NCBI GenBank assembly: GCA_027314025.1
Contig: DAHVCP010000040.1
Location: 10,903 to 74,902 of the forward strand
Source of the DNA: Acidobacteriota bacterium
Lineage (GTDB): Bacteria; Acidobacteriota; Terriglobia; Terriglobales; SCQP01
Length of the DNA stretch: 64,000 nt
Reading direction: 5' to 3'
The notes under the pieces were generated by a model that saw only the letters and a list, made by a program, of their open reading frames with translations, had not been told where the DNA came from and made no database searches. Position numbers and translations under genes: made by a program. Within the stretch, counting starts at the first letter, position 1; each line of letters opens with the position of its first letter. Of the stretch, positions 54,658 to 64,000 are shown one piece after another.

Positions 54658-55323
54658 GTGAAAAAAATCCTTCTGTCTTGGAGCGGCGGCAAGGACAGCG
54701 CCTGGGCTCTTGTGGAGCTGCGCCGTGAGCCGGGCATCGAGATCGTCGCCCTGCTGACCACCTTCAATGAAGCCTTCGACCGCGTCGCCATGCACGCCGT
54801 GCGCAGTGAGCTGATGCGCGTCCAAGCCGACGCCGCCGGCTTGCCGCTCTGGGCCGTGCCCCTGCCTTGGCCGTGCAGCAATGAGCAATACGAGGAGCGC
54901 ATGGCCGCCGTCTGCGCCCGCGCCCGCGGCGAGGGCATCACCGCCGTCGCCTTCGGCGATCTGTTTCTGGAAGACGTCCGCGCCTACCGCGAGCGGCAGA
55001 TGGCCAAGGCCGGTCTGGAGCCGTTATTTCCCCTCTGGGCCAAGCCCACGCCGGAGCTGGCGCGGGAGATGGTCGCCGCCGGCCTGCGCGCCACGCTGAC
55101 CTGCATAGACACCGAGAAGGTCCCGGAGGCCCTGGCCGGTCGCGAGTATGACCAGGAGCTGCTCGCCGACCTCCCGCCCGAGGCCGACCCCTGCGGCGAG
55201 CGCGGCGAATTTCACAGCTTCGTGCACGCCGGCCCCATGCTCCGCCAGCCCATCCCCGTCCGCCGCGGCGAGCAACGCCGCGACGGGCGGTTCATCTTCA
55301 CCGACCTGCTCCCGGCGGAGTAA
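54658..55323 (+). CDS. ATP-binding adenine-nucleotide alpha-hydrolase, MJ0570/Dph6-like (DUF71)
   Basis: GTG start at 54658. KKILLSWSGGKDSAWAL PP-loop-like motif, GITAVAFGDLFLEDVRAYRE, PLFPLW, GERGEFHSFV. Confidence 0.75.
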   Translation: MKKILLSWSGGKDSAWALVELRREPGIEIVALLTTFNEAFDRVAMHAVRSELMRVQADAAGLPLWAVPLPWPCSNEQYEERMAAVCARARGEGITAVAFGDLFLEDVRAYRERQMAKAGLEPLFPLWAKPTPELAREMVAAGLRATLTCIDTEKVPEALAGREYDQELLADLPPEADPCGERGEFHSFVHAGPMLRQPIPVRRGEQRRDGRFIFTDLLPAE

Positions 55324-55407
55324 GGCGCCAATCGGAGGCCTCCCCCACCACTGGCGACCGCGCATGCGGGTAGGGCTCTGCCCTGCGTACGCCCCGCCCG
55401 GCCAGCG

Positions 55408-55538
55408 GCGGGGGCGTGGCCCTCCCGGGCGGCGGGGTGGCTGCGGGCTAAAGCCCACAGCACACCGGCTGAAGCCGGTTCCACGCGCCCGGCGGGGCCG
55501 CGCGCAGCGCGACCGTCCGCAAGCCGGAGGCATACCCC
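55408..55538. repeat. 131-bp perfect direct repeat, copy A (M2 tail + M5 variant + M4)
   Basis: gcgggggcgtggccctcccgggcggcggggtggctgcgggctaaagcccacagcacaccggctgaagccggttccacgcgcccggcggggccgcgcgcagcgcgaccgtccgcaagccggaggcatacccc. It is identical base for base to 55634..55764. Confidence 0.95.
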
Positions 55539-55633
55539 ACCGCTCGAACCCCCGTCCGCACTCAGTGCCGGCGGGCCGGCGGCCCGCGCCCCCGGAAGCG
55601 GTCGCGTCTCTCGTGGGGTAGGGCCCCTGCCCT

Positions 55634-55764
55634 GCGGGGGCGTGGCCCTCCCGGGCGGCGGGGTGGCTGCGGGCTAAAGCCCACAGCACACCGGCTGAAG
55701 CCGGTTCCACGCGCCCGGCGGGGCCGCGCGCAGCGCGACCGTCCGCAAGCCGGAGGCATACCCC
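55634..55764. repeat. 131-bp perfect direct repeat, copy B
   Basis: Identical to 55408..55538 (offset 226 bp). The preceding gtagggcccctgccctgcg head lacks the 22-bp hairpin module present in copy A. Confidence 0.95.
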
Positions 55765-55890
55765 GCACTTCCCCGCCGAGCGACAGCGTTGGCGCCCGCG
55801 CCACCGAATGATGTGGCATCATGCCCGCTGGCGGCAGTTCCCGTCGGCGTTCAGGCCGAGGCTTCCGCCATGCGTTCTAAGGAGAAGGCC

Positions 55891-56925
55891 ATGGGCAAAC
55901 GGAGACGGATGGCGGTGATGGCGGCGGCGGTCTTGATGTTCGCGGGACTGGCCCTGGCGGCAAAGCCCGCGGCGGCTTCCGCGCCGACGGCGGCGAAGCT
56001 CCCGGCGCGCAAGACCTGGCCGTTCCAAGTGCAGGCGCTGCGCCGGAGCTTTGACCAGCGCATCAGCCCCCGCGCGCGGCTGCATGTGCTGGCCAGCGGC
56101 TTCGGGTTCACCGAGGGCCCGGTCTGGACGCCGCGCGGCTATGTCTACGTCAGCGATGAACTCCAGAACCGGATCTACCGCATCAGCCCTGGCGGGCAAA
56201 AAAGCGTCTTCATCGCGCTCGGCGATCCGGACGGCAACACCTACAACCGCCGCCATCAGTTCGTGGACTGCGCCAGCGACCTGCGCGCCGTCCTGCTGGT
56301 GCGGCCGAACGGAACCTATCGCATCCTGGCCGACCGCTATCGCGGCCGGCGCCTCAACACGCCCAACGATATCGTCCTCGGGCCCGACGGCGCGCTCTAT
56401 TTCACCGACCCGACGCTGGACCTGACCAAGAGCATGAAAAAGGAGCTGCCCTTCCAGGGCGTCTACCGCCTCGGCGGCCACGGGCGGCTGCGGCTGCTCA
56501 CCAAGGTCTTCACCCAGCCCAACGGCGTGGCATTTTCCCCCGATGGGCGGCGCATGTATATCAACGACACCGCCCAGCGCAATATCCGCGTCTTCCGCTT
56601 TCATGCCGGCCGCATCTCCCAGGGCCGCATTTTCGGCGTCGAGCCGCTGCGCCCCGGCGGACCCGGCGGCGTTCCGGACGGCATGAAGGTGGATCTCCGC
56701 GGCGACGTCTGGGTCGCCGGGCCGGGCGGCATTTGGGTGTGGAACGCCGCCGGGCAGCATCTCGGCACCATCCAGTTCCCCCACGGCGCCACCAACTTCG
56801 CCTGGGGCGGGCCGGGATATTCCACTTTGTATGTCGCCGCCGGCCATACCGTGTTCACCCTGCGCACCCAGGTCCACGGCTTTGTCCCCTGGGTCACCGG
56901 CTACGCGCAACGCGCCCGGCGCTAG
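55891..56925 (+). CDS. SMP-30/gluconolactonase/LRE-family beta-propeller protein, signal peptide
   Basis: AAGGAG RBS before ATG 55891. Signal MGKRRRMAVMAAAVLMFAGLALAA. Motifs: FTEGPVWTPRG, RIYRISPGG, NTPNDIVLGPDGALYFTDP, PNGVAFSPDG, PDGMKVD. Confidence 0.85.
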   Translation: MGKRRRMAVMAAAVLMFAGLALAAKPAAASAPTAAKLPARKTWPFQVQALRRSFDQRISPRARLHVLASGFGFTEGPVWTPRGYVYVSDELQNRIYRISPGGQKSVFIALGDPDGNTYNRRHQFVDCASDLRAVLLVRPNGTYRILADRYRGRRLNTPNDIVLGPDGALYFTDPTLDLTKSMKKELPFQGVYRLGGHGRLRLLTKVFTQPNGVAFSPDGRRMYINDTAQRNIRVFRFHAGRISQGRIFGVEPLRPGGPGGVPDGMKVDLRGDVWVAGPGGIWVWNAAGQHLGTIQFPHGATNFAWGGPGYSTLYVAAGHTVFTLRTQVHGFVPWVTGYAQRARR

Positions 56926-57132
56926 CCGCCGGCGGAGCGAGACGGGCGGCGGCCCAGCGCGGCTGGCGCGCCGCCCTCCGGCAGGGTTAAGGTGAGAAGA
57001 GAACCCGCGCCGCCGCGGGCTGATGGCCCCGGTTCGCCGGCCGGCGGATGCCCACGGGCGCGCCGGGGCATCGCCCGGCTACCGCGACTGGACGCCGCCG
57101 TAATGGGCTAAAATCCCCCAAGGAATCTTCTT

Positions 57133-58275
57133 ATGTCCCGCCTTTCCCTCCGCTTCACCCTGCTGTTGCCGGCCGCGTTGGCCTGCGCCGCCTTCGCCGC
57201 CCCCCGTCCCGGCCCCCGGTCCAACCCGGCACCGCGCAAACCCCGGGCCATGACGGTTGAGTCCATCGTCGCCTGGATCAACAACAAGGTCATCACCACC
57301 GTGGATTACCGCAAGGCGCTGCAAGAAATTTCGGTGGATGCGCGCTCGCAGAACCCCCCGCCGACGGCGGCGCAACTGGCGGCGCAAAAGAAAAACTTGC
57401 TGCGCGACCTGATTGACCAGCAGTTGCTGTTGCAGCGCGCCAGCGACCTGGGCTATAGCGCGGAGTCCCAGACCATTCACGAACTGGACCAGATCCGCCA
57501 GAACATGCACCTGCCCACCATGCGGGCGCTGCGCCAGGCGGTCCAGGCGCAGGGCCAGAGCTATGCGGATTTTCGCCAGAACATCAAGCACGGCATCCTC
57601 ACCCAATTGGTCATCCAGCAAGACGTGGCGCCGCGCATTGACATGCCGCCGGGCGCGGTGCGCAAGTACTACGAGAAACACAAGAGCCAATTCATCAGCC
57701 ACGCCGGCGTGGACCTGAGCGAAATTCTCATCTCCACCCAGGGCGTCAAGAAGTCCGCGGTGCCGCGGCTGCATACCCTGGCGGAGCAGGTCCAGCAGCG
57801 CGCCGCGCGCGGCGAACAATTCTCCAAGCTGGCCAAGACCTACTCCAACGGCGCCACCGCCGACAAGGGCGGCAGCATCGGATTTTTCAAGAAGGGCACG
57901 CTGGCGCCGCAGCTGGAGAAAATCGTCTTCGCCCTGCCCGCGGGCGGCGTCACCCCGGTCCTCAATACCGCCAATGGCTATCTGATCCTGAAGGTGGACT
58001 CGAAGCATCCCGCCGGCCAGGAAACCCTGGCCCAGGCCCGGCCGCAGGTCGAACAGCAGGTGTATGAGCAGTTGCTGCAACCGGAGCTGAAAACCTATCT
58101 GGAAAATCTGCGCGCCAAGGCCTACATCAAGATCGCCAAGGGCTACGTGGACACCGGCGCGGGCAAAAACCCGGGGGTGAACATCACCCATTTCATGCGC
58201 GTGCTGCCCCAGGATCTGCCCAAGAAGATCCACCACAAGACCTCGGGCGGCGGCAGCGGCTTCGGAGTCAGCTAA
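57133..58275 (+). CDS. SurA-like periplasmic chaperone / parvulin-type peptidyl-prolyl isomerase
   Basis: Signal MSRLSLRFTLLLPAALACAAFA. SurA-N-like region, then the PpiC domain GGSIGFFKKGTLAPQLEKIVFALPAGGVTPVLNTANGYLILKV. Confidence 0.85.
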   Translation: MSRLSLRFTLLLPAALACAAFAAPRPGPRSNPAPRKPRAMTVESIVAWINNKVITTVDYRKALQEISVDARSQNPPPTAAQLAAQKKNLLRDLIDQQLLLQRASDLGYSAESQTIHELDQIRQNMHLPTMRALRQAVQAQGQSYADFRQNIKHGILTQLVIQQDVAPRIDMPPGAVRKYYEKHKSQFISHAGVDLSEILISTQGVKKSAVPRLHTLAEQVQQRAARGEQFSKLAKTYSNGATADKGGSIGFFKKGTLAPQLEKIVFALPAGGVTPVLNTANGYLILKVDSKHPAGQETLAQARPQVEQQVYEQLLQPELKTYLENLRAKAYIKIAKGYVDTGAGKNPGVNITHFMRVLPQDLPKKIHHKTSGGGSGFGVS

Positions 58276-58290
58276 ACGGCGGAGGCAAGC

Positions 58291-59415
58291 ATGGACGGAC
58301 GCGGAGCGGAAGCGGCGCCGGGACAGACGGCGGTGGCGGCGGCCGAGCCGATGAAGTCGCGCTTCGCGGCGGAGCTGGCGCCGGAAGAACGCGTGACGAC
58401 CGCTTTCTTGGTCAAGCAGAAGGAAGTGCGGCAGAAAAAGTCCGGCGAGCCTTACCTCTCGCTGGTGCTGGCCGACCGCAGCGGGGAACTCGACGCCAAG
58501 ATGTGGGACAACGTCGAGGCCGTCCAGGACACCTTCGAGCGCGACGACTTCGTCAAGGTGCAAGGCACCGTCGTGCTGTTCCGCGAGCGCCCGCAGTTGC
58601 AGGTGCACCGCCTGCGGCGGCTGGAGGAAGCCGAGATCACGCTGGCGGATTATCTGCCCGCGACCACGGAAAACGTGGCGGAGATGTTCGCCGAGGTGCG
58701 CGGCTACGCCGCGGCGGTCGCCGACGCGCCGCTGCGCGCCCTGCTGCTGGCCATTCTCGACGACCCCGAGATCGGGCCGCGCTTCCAGCGGGCCCCGGCG
58801 GCCAAGACCCTGCACCATGCCTTTTTCGGCGGGCTGTTGCAGCACGTCCGCTCGCTGTGCCGCGCGGCGCGGATGATCGCGCCCAACTACCCGGAGGTCA
58901 ACCCCGACCTGCTCATCGCCGGCATCGTCCTGCACGATTTGGGGAAGATCGGCGAATTGAGCTACGTGCGCTCGTTCGCCTACACCAGCGAGGGGCAGTT
59001 GCTCGGGCACATGACCTTGGCGCTGGAGATTCTGCACCGCCATCTGGCCCGCATGCCGGAGTTTCCCCGCCGCCTCCAGGTGGTGCTGGAGCATCTGATC
59101 CTCAGCCATCACGGGCATTACGAATTCGGTTCGCCCAAGCTGCCCATGTTCCCGGAGGCCTTGCTGCTGCACGCGCTGGATGATTTGGATTCCAAGATGC
59201 AGGCGATGGCGGAACAGTACGGCCGGGAGCAATCGCTGCCGGGCGACTGGACCGGCATGAACTATTCTCTTGGGCGGCCGGTGCTGCGCCTGGACCGCTG
59301 GCTGGCGGCGCCGGATCCGGTCGCGCCCTGGACGCTCACGCCGCCGGGGCCGCCGGAAGATTTGGCGCACAAGGCGGCGCGGTTGCAAGCGGCGCTGCGC
59401 GAGGGCAAGAAGTGA
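58291..59415 (+). CDS. YhaM-like OB-fold + HD-domain 3'-5' exoribonuclease/phosphohydrolase
   Basis: OB fold FLVKQKEVRQKKSGEPYLSLVLADRSGELDAKMWD. HD motifs HHAFFGGLLQH, VLHDLGK, ILSHHG. GGAGG RBS. Confidence 0.8.
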   Translation: MDGRGAEAAPGQTAVAAAEPMKSRFAAELAPEERVTTAFLVKQKEVRQKKSGEPYLSLVLADRSGELDAKMWDNVEAVQDTFERDDFVKVQGTVVLFRERPQLQVHRLRRLEEAEITLADYLPATTENVAEMFAEVRGYAAAVADAPLRALLLAILDDPEIGPRFQRAPAAKTLHHAFFGGLLQHVRSLCRAARMIAPNYPEVNPDLLIAGIVLHDLGKIGELSYVRSFAYTSEGQLLGHMTLALEILHRHLARMPEFPRRLQVVLEHLILSHHGHYEFGSPKLPMFPEALLLHALDDLDSKMQAMAEQYGREQSLPGDWTGMNYSLGRPVLRLDRWLAAPDPVAPWTLTPPGPPEDLAHKAARLQAALREGKK

Positions 59416-59867
59416 CCGCCAACGGCGGCGCGGCAGGCGCCGGCAAACGGCCCGGCCCCGCCCGCGCCGAGAAGCGCCGCGCCTCCGCCCACGGTCCGGA
59501 ACTGCCGCAGTTGGAGCTGGATTGCATGGGGGCGTTGTGGCGGGCGGAGGAAGCGGCGGCCGGACCGGGGCGAACCGCGGCGCAGCTCCGCCAGGCGCTG
59601 GCGGAGATGGGCCGTCCCTTGGCCTACACCACCGTCCTCACCGTGCTCCAGCGCCTGCGCCAAAAGGGCGTCGTGGCCGCCGCCGCCAAGGGCCGGCCGC
59701 TGCGCTTCCGCGCCCTGGTCGGCCGCCACCAGATGCGCGTCGCCGCCGTGGAACGGCTGGTGCGAAATTACTTTGCCGATGAGGACGAGTTGCGCCACTT
59801 CTTGGGGGGCGAAGCCCGCCGTATGCCGCCGGCTGCGGAATCCGACTTTGACGCCACGCTGCTGTGA
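59412..59867 (+). CDS. BlaI/MecI/CopY-family (penicillinase repressor) winged-helix regulator
   Basis: LELDCMGALW..AAQLRQALAEMGRPLAYTTVLTVLQRLRQKGVV..GRPLRFRALV. The GTG start overlaps the yhaM-like stop. It has a ~30-aa basic N-terminal extension, so the start is uncertain. Confidence 0.7.
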   Translation: MTANGGAAGAGKRPGPARAEKRRASAHGPELPQLELDCMGALWRAEEAAAGPGRTAAQLRQALAEMGRPLAYTTVLTVLQRLRQKGVVAAAAKGRPLRFRALVGRHQMRVAAVERLVRNYFADEDELRHFLGGEARRMPPAAESDFDATLL

Positions 59868-60117
59868 ACCTGCGGCCGGTCAGCCGCCTGGTTCTGGGCG
59901 GCGCGCCGACGGCGGGGCGTAACTGCCGGCTCAAGCCGGCAGCCCCCGAGCCACAGACGCCTGCATGGGGAATCCCGGGCGTATTCGTCGCCAGCGCCGA
60001 ATGACAGCCGGGGCGGGAATGACAGCCGGAACGTGGGCGACAGCCGAGGACGGCTATCCTACGTTCGCTGCCCGGGCGGCGGGCTGAAGCCCGCGGGACA
60101 CCGGCTGCAGCAGAGTC

Positions 60118-60417
60118 TCAGTCGAGGTCAATGTCGCGCGGCGGCAACGGCAGGTTGGGATCCTTCCGGGCCCGCCGCACGGCCTCGTCGAATTTTTGTC
60201 CGAGGATGCGGTCGCGATGCCGGTGCTGCTCGACCGCCTCGGCATAGCGCTGGTTGCGCTCGTCTTCTTGCCGCCGCAACTGGGCCGAGGCTTGGCCCAG
60301 GTCCAATCCGGCGGCCCGGCGAGCGGGCCGCTCATGGCTGAGGACCGCGCCGGTTTTGGCGTCCACATTTAACGTGGCGCCGCAGTCTGGACAGCGGATA
60401 CGAAGAGTTTTGGCCAT
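60118..60417 (-). CDS. MJ0042-type zinc-ribbon small protein
   Basis: MAKTLRIRCPDCGATLNVDAKTGAVLSHE, followed by a charged helical tail. 99 aa. It is divergent from the PBP gene. Confidence 0.7.
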   Translation of the reverse strand: MAKTLRIRCPDCGATLNVDAKTGAVLSHERPARRAAGLDLGQASAQLRRQEDERNQRYAEAVEQHRHRDRILGQKFDEAVRRARKDPNLPLPPRDIDLD

Positions 60418-60608
60418 ACAGTCGCCGCCGATCGTGCCGTCGCCTACAGTCTACCCCCGGGAAGCGGCGGGCGGTTGCCACCATGGCCCGGGTGGCGCCC
60501 AGGACCGCGCCCGCGACGAGCGCCCGGCGGCAGCCCGCAAGGTGCGCCGACGGGCTGATTTCGGTGGCGGGCCTGGGCTATTCTGAAAGTAGCTCCTGGG
60601 GGGTCGGC

Positions 60609-63182
60609 GTGAAGCTTAAGGTCAAAACGCGGCGATGGGTGCGCATACTTTTGCACCCGGCCACGAAGGTGGTGATCGCGCTGCTGCTGATCGCCTGCGT
60701 GGTGGTCGGCGGGATGGTGCTGCACTACTACGACCGTTACGCCCGCATCATAGACGCCCGCCTCAACGGACCCATATTTCACCGCCCGACCGTCCTCTAC
60801 GCGGCGCCGCAAACCATCTTCCTGGGCGAGGCGATTTCCGCCCGCCAAGTGGCCAAGGAGTTGGAGCGGGCCAACTACAGCGATACCCTGCCGTCCCCGG
60901 TGGGACGCTACAAGCTCACCAGCACCGGCATCGAGATCGAACCCGGCCCGGAGTCTTTCTATTCCCCCCAGCCGGCGCGGGTTACCTTCAGCCACGGGCA
61001 GATCGTCGCCATCACCGACCCGCAGAACCAGCAGGCGCTGAGCGAATACAGCTTGGAGCCGGAGGTGCTGACGACCCTGTTCGGCCAGCACCGCGATAAG
61101 CGGCGGCTGCTCAAGTATTCCGATCTGCCGCCGCTGCTGGTCAAGGCCGTGCTGGCGATCGAAGACCGATCCTTCTTCCACCACGGCGCCTTCAATTATT
61201 GGCGCATCCTCGGCGCCGCCTACAACGACCTGCGCCGCGGCCGCTTGGACCAGGGCGCCAGCACCATTGAGATGCAGTTGGCGCGTAACTTCTTCCTGAC
61301 GCCGCGCAAGACCTGGCGCCGCAAGCTGGAGGAGGCGGTGATCGCCTTCGAGCTGTCGCAGCGCATGACCAAGCAGCAGATCTTCGAGCTCTACGCCAAC
61401 GAAGTGTACATGGGGCAGCGCGGCACGTACACCATCCGCGGCTTTGGCGAAGCGGCGCGCGCCTATTTTGGCGTGCCGGTGGACAAGCTGACCTTGCCGG
61501 AGTGCGCCCTGCTGGCCGGGTTGGTGCAAGGGCCGAACCGCCTGACGCCGTTCGTGTTTCCGCATCGGGCGATGGTGCGCCGCAATGAAGTGCTGCACGC
61601 CATGTACATCACGCACTGGATCAGCCGGACGCAATTGGAAACGGCGCTGAAAACGTCGATCCGGTTGAACCCCGCCAGCGTCGAGGTCAGCGACGCACCT
61701 TATTTCGTGGATCTAGTGCGCCAGCAGCTGCAACGCGACCTGCCGCAGGAGGCGCTGGAGACGCAAAGCTATCACGTCTACACCACCCTGGACCCTGACC
61801 TGCAGCGGGCGGCGGCCACGGCGGTGCAGAACGGGATGAAGCAGCTGAAGGCGCTGCTGCGCCAGCGGCGCACGCGGCGGGTGCTGGTGCACGGGCGCTG
61901 GCGCACGGTGGTGCAAAAAGGGCCGGAGCCGCAGGTGGCGCTCATCGCCGTGGATCCGCACACCGGCGCCGTCAAGGCGCTGATCGGAGGCACCAACTAC
62001 GCCCGCAGCCAGCTGGATCACGTTTTGTCCCCGCGGCCGACGGGCAGCATCTTCAAGCCCTTCGTCTACGCCGCCGCGCTGAACACGGCTCTGGACGGCG
62101 AGCAGCCGCTGATCACCCAAGCTTCGACGCTGGACGATGAGCCGACTATCTTCCAGGGCGGCTATGCCCCGCACGATTTCCGCGAGGAATACTACGGCCG
62201 GGTTCCGATCCGCGAGGCCCTGGCGCACTCGCTGAACAACGCCACCATCGCTCTTGCGGACATGGTCGGCTACCAGCGCGTGGCGATGCTGGCCCGCCGG
62301 GCCGGGCTGACCGGCATCCTGCCCACCCCTTCGATGGCCATCGGCACCTACGCCGAATCGCCCTGGCAGATGACGCAGGCGTGGACCATCTTCGCCAACC
62401 ACGGCAGCCTGGTGCACCTGCATATGTGGTACTCGGTGCAGTCGGCCGGCGGCGAGGTGGTGGACCGGGAACTGCCCAATCCGCGCCAGTTGCTGGATCC
62501 GCGCGTGGCGTTCTTGACCACCAATCTGCTGGAAGCCGTGCTCAGCGAGGGCACCGGCGTGCGGGCGCGGGAAATGGGCTTCACCGCGCCGGCGGCGGCC
62601 AAGACCGGCACGGAAAACGACGGCTGGTTCGTCGGCTACACGAGCAATTTGGAATGCCTGGTTTGGGTCGGCTACAACAACTACGACGTGCTCCATGCGC
62701 AGGGCGCGCATTCGGCGCTGCCGATCTGGACCGATTTCATGAAGCGGGCCGTGGCCATGCCGCAGTACGCCGACTTCCACGCCTTTCGGCCGCCGCCGGG
62801 CATCGTGCAGGAGCGCATTGACCCCCAGAGCCAGCAGGTGGCGACGCCCGATTGCCCGCAGTCGCGGATGGATTACTTCATTGCCGGCACGCAGCCAACC
62901 GTCTACTGCGAGCTGCATCCGATGCCCACCAGCCCCACAAGCGTGGCGCGGCGGGTCTTCAGCTTCTTCCATTTGGTTCCCAGCCAGCCCTCGCCGCCAC
63001 AAGCGGCGCCCGCGGTTCCGGCGAATACCGCCGGCGCCAACGCCGCCGTCGGCACGGCCCAGGCGGCGCCGACGGTGCGAAACCTGCCTCCGCCAACGCC
63101 CCCTGCGGCCAAAGCCAAAAAGCACAAACGCGGCTTTTTTGCCCGCCTGTTTGGCATCAGAAAAAAGCACAAACACCAATAG
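60609..63182 (+). CDS. Class A penicillin-binding protein (glycosyltransferase GT51 + transpeptidase)
   Basis: GT51 motifs: AIEDRSFFHHGAFN, GASTIEMQLARNFFL, RKLEEA. Transpeptidase motifs: GSIFKPFVYAAAL (SxxK), HSLNNAT (SxN), AKTGTEND (KTG). The start is taken at GTG 60609, before the TM anchor. The C-terminal tail is basic and low complexity. Confidence 0.9.
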   Translation: MKLKVKTRRWVRILLHPATKVVIALLLIACVVVGGMVLHYYDRYARIIDARLNGPIFHRPTVLYAAPQTIFLGEAISARQVAKELERANYSDTLPSPVGRYKLTSTGIEIEPGPESFYSPQPARVTFSHGQIVAITDPQNQQALSEYSLEPEVLTTLFGQHRDKRRLLKYSDLPPLLVKAVLAIEDRSFFHHGAFNYWRILGAAYNDLRRGRLDQGASTIEMQLARNFFLTPRKTWRRKLEEAVIAFELSQRMTKQQIFELYANEVYMGQRGTYTIRGFGEAARAYFGVPVDKLTLPECALLAGLVQGPNRLTPFVFPHRAMVRRNEVLHAMYITHWISRTQLETALKTSIRLNPASVEVSDAPYFVDLVRQQLQRDLPQEALETQSYHVYTTLDPDLQRAAATAVQNGMKQLKALLRQRRTRRVLVHGRWRTVVQKGPEPQVALIAVDPHTGAVKALIGGTNYARSQLDHVLSPRPTGSIFKPFVYAAALNTALDGEQPLITQASTLDDEPTIFQGGYAPHDFREEYYGRVPIREALAHSLNNATIALADMVGYQRVAMLARRAGLTGILPTPSMAIGTYAESPWQMTQAWTIFANHGSLVHLHMWYSVQSAGGEVVDRELPNPRQLLDPRVAFLTTNLLEAVLSEGTGVRAREMGFTAPAAAKTGTENDGWFVGYTSNLECLVWVGYNNYDVLHAQGAHSALPIWTDFMKRAVAMPQYADFHAFRPPPGIVQERIDPQSQQVATPDCPQSRMDYFIAGTQPTVYCELHPMPTSPTSVARRVFSFFHLVPSQPSPPQAAPAVPANTAGANAAVGTAQAAPTVRNLPPPTPPAAKAKKHKRGFFARLFGIRKKHKHQ

Positions 63183-63264
63183 GAATTCGGCAACGGCCGG
63201 GTTGAGCCTTCGCGCCGAGGCCGCGGCGAGCGGCAGCCCGGAGCCAAGCTGGTAGGCTAAGGGC

Positions 63265-63984
63265 ATGGACAAGCGGGTGGCTTCGGCCGACGCGGCGGTG
63301 GCGGACATTCCCGCCGGCGCCAGCGTCATGATCGGCGGCTTCGGCTTGTGCGGGAATCCGGAGAACCTGATCGCCGCGCTGGCGCGGCGCGGCGTGGGCG
63401 GACTGACCGTCATCAGCAACAACGCCGGAACCGACCACGAGGGCATCGGGGTCCTGCTCGCGGCGGGGCGGATCGGCCGGATCATTTCCAGTTACGTCGG
63501 CGAGAACAGCATTTTCGAGGCCAAGGTCATCTCCGGCGAGTTGGATACGGAGTTGTTGCCGCAGGGCACCTTGGCGGAGCGTATCCGCGCGGCGGGAGCG
63601 GGCATCCCCGCCTTCTATACCCCCGCGGGCGTCGGCACCACGGTGGCCGAGGGCAAGGAGGCGCGCGACTTCGGCGGGAAAAGCTATCTGTTGGAGACGG
63701 CCCTGCACGCCGATTTTGCGCTGATCAAAGGCCAGCGCGGCGACCGTTGGGGCAACTTGACCTACCATGCCACGGCGCGCAACTTTAATCCCATCATGGC
63801 CACCGCCGCGAAGGTCACCATCGCCGAAGTCGAGGAACTGGTCGAGGTGGGAGAAATCGACCCCGAGACGGTGGTGACTCCGGGCATCTATGTGCACCGC
63901 ATTCTTTTGGGCAGCCAATACCGCAAGCCGATCGAGCGGCGCACGACGCGGCTGCCCGAAGCGGAGATCCGGGGGCGGCAATGA
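63265..63984 (+). CDS. 3-oxoacid CoA-transferase subunit A (ScoA/AtoD-like)
   Basis: MDKRVASADAAVADIPAGASVMIGGFGLCGNPENLI, SNNAG, SYVGEN, PQGTLAERIRAGGAG-like motif. Confidence 0.9.
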   Translation: MDKRVASADAAVADIPAGASVMIGGFGLCGNPENLIAALARRGVGGLTVISNNAGTDHEGIGVLLAAGRIGRIISSYVGENSIFEAKVISGELDTELLPQGTLAERIRAAGAGIPAFYTPAGVGTTVAEGKEARDFGGKSYLLETALHADFALIKGQRGDRWGNLTYHATARNFNPIMATAAKVTIAEVEELVEVGEIDPETVVTPGIYVHRILLGSQYRKPIERRTTRLPEAEIRGRQ

Positions 63985-64000
63985 AGGCGCTGGCGGAGAT
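63981..64000 (+). CDS. Probable start of CoA-transferase subunit B (truncated by window end)
   Basis: ATG 63981 overlaps the subunit A stop (ATGA). Only 6 codons are visible. The call rests on the usual A-B gene order. Confidence 0.3.

Overview
High-GC (roughly 68-70% by eye) bacterial chromosomal segment, most consistent with Acidobacteriota. The pointers are an ADOP-type duplicated FtsX permease, a fragment of an acidobacterial-style TonB-dependent receptor, and many Tat/Sec-exported glycoside hydrolases. I support about 45 CDS and one tRNA-Leu(CAA). I found no rRNA, CRISPR array, transposase or integrase. Gene content: (1) glycan breakdown and sugar oxidation (GH31, DUF2961/GH172, GH51-like, GH3, GH35/DUF5597-like, an unknown Tat-exported TIM-barrel-like protein, two Gfo/Idh/MocA oxidoreductases, a sugar-phosphate isomerase, a gluconolactonase). 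(2) A 5-gene operon encoding an ArsR-rhodanese fusion, DUF2892, TolC-like, MFP and RND proteins. (3) Housekeeping genes (mntH, acs, tlyA, class A PBP, SurA-like, YhaM-like, CoA transferase). (4) Three isolated nucleic-acid-enzyme genes with atypical codon usage by eye: a UvrD helicase fused to a Cas4-type Fe-S nuclease, a 740-aa orphan with a zinc ribbon and a PD-(D/E)XK-like core, and an AlbA_2/Schlafen-like protein. Unusual non-genic structure: a window-wide family of GC-rich mosaic hairpin repeats (BIME-like) filling most intergenic spacers, including perfect 131-bp and near-perfect 103-bp duplications; in-frame 15-bp tandem repeats inside tlyA and at the N-terminus of a Tat protein; 24-bp, 47-bp, 16-bp and 11-bp tandem arrays in promoter regions; two decayed tRNA-Leu-derived relics that keep the tRNA upstream box; a recurrent TAnnnT-N6-ATG (leaderless-like) start architecture; and two decayed gene loci. 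All family assignments come from reading the translations by eye. No database search was run.
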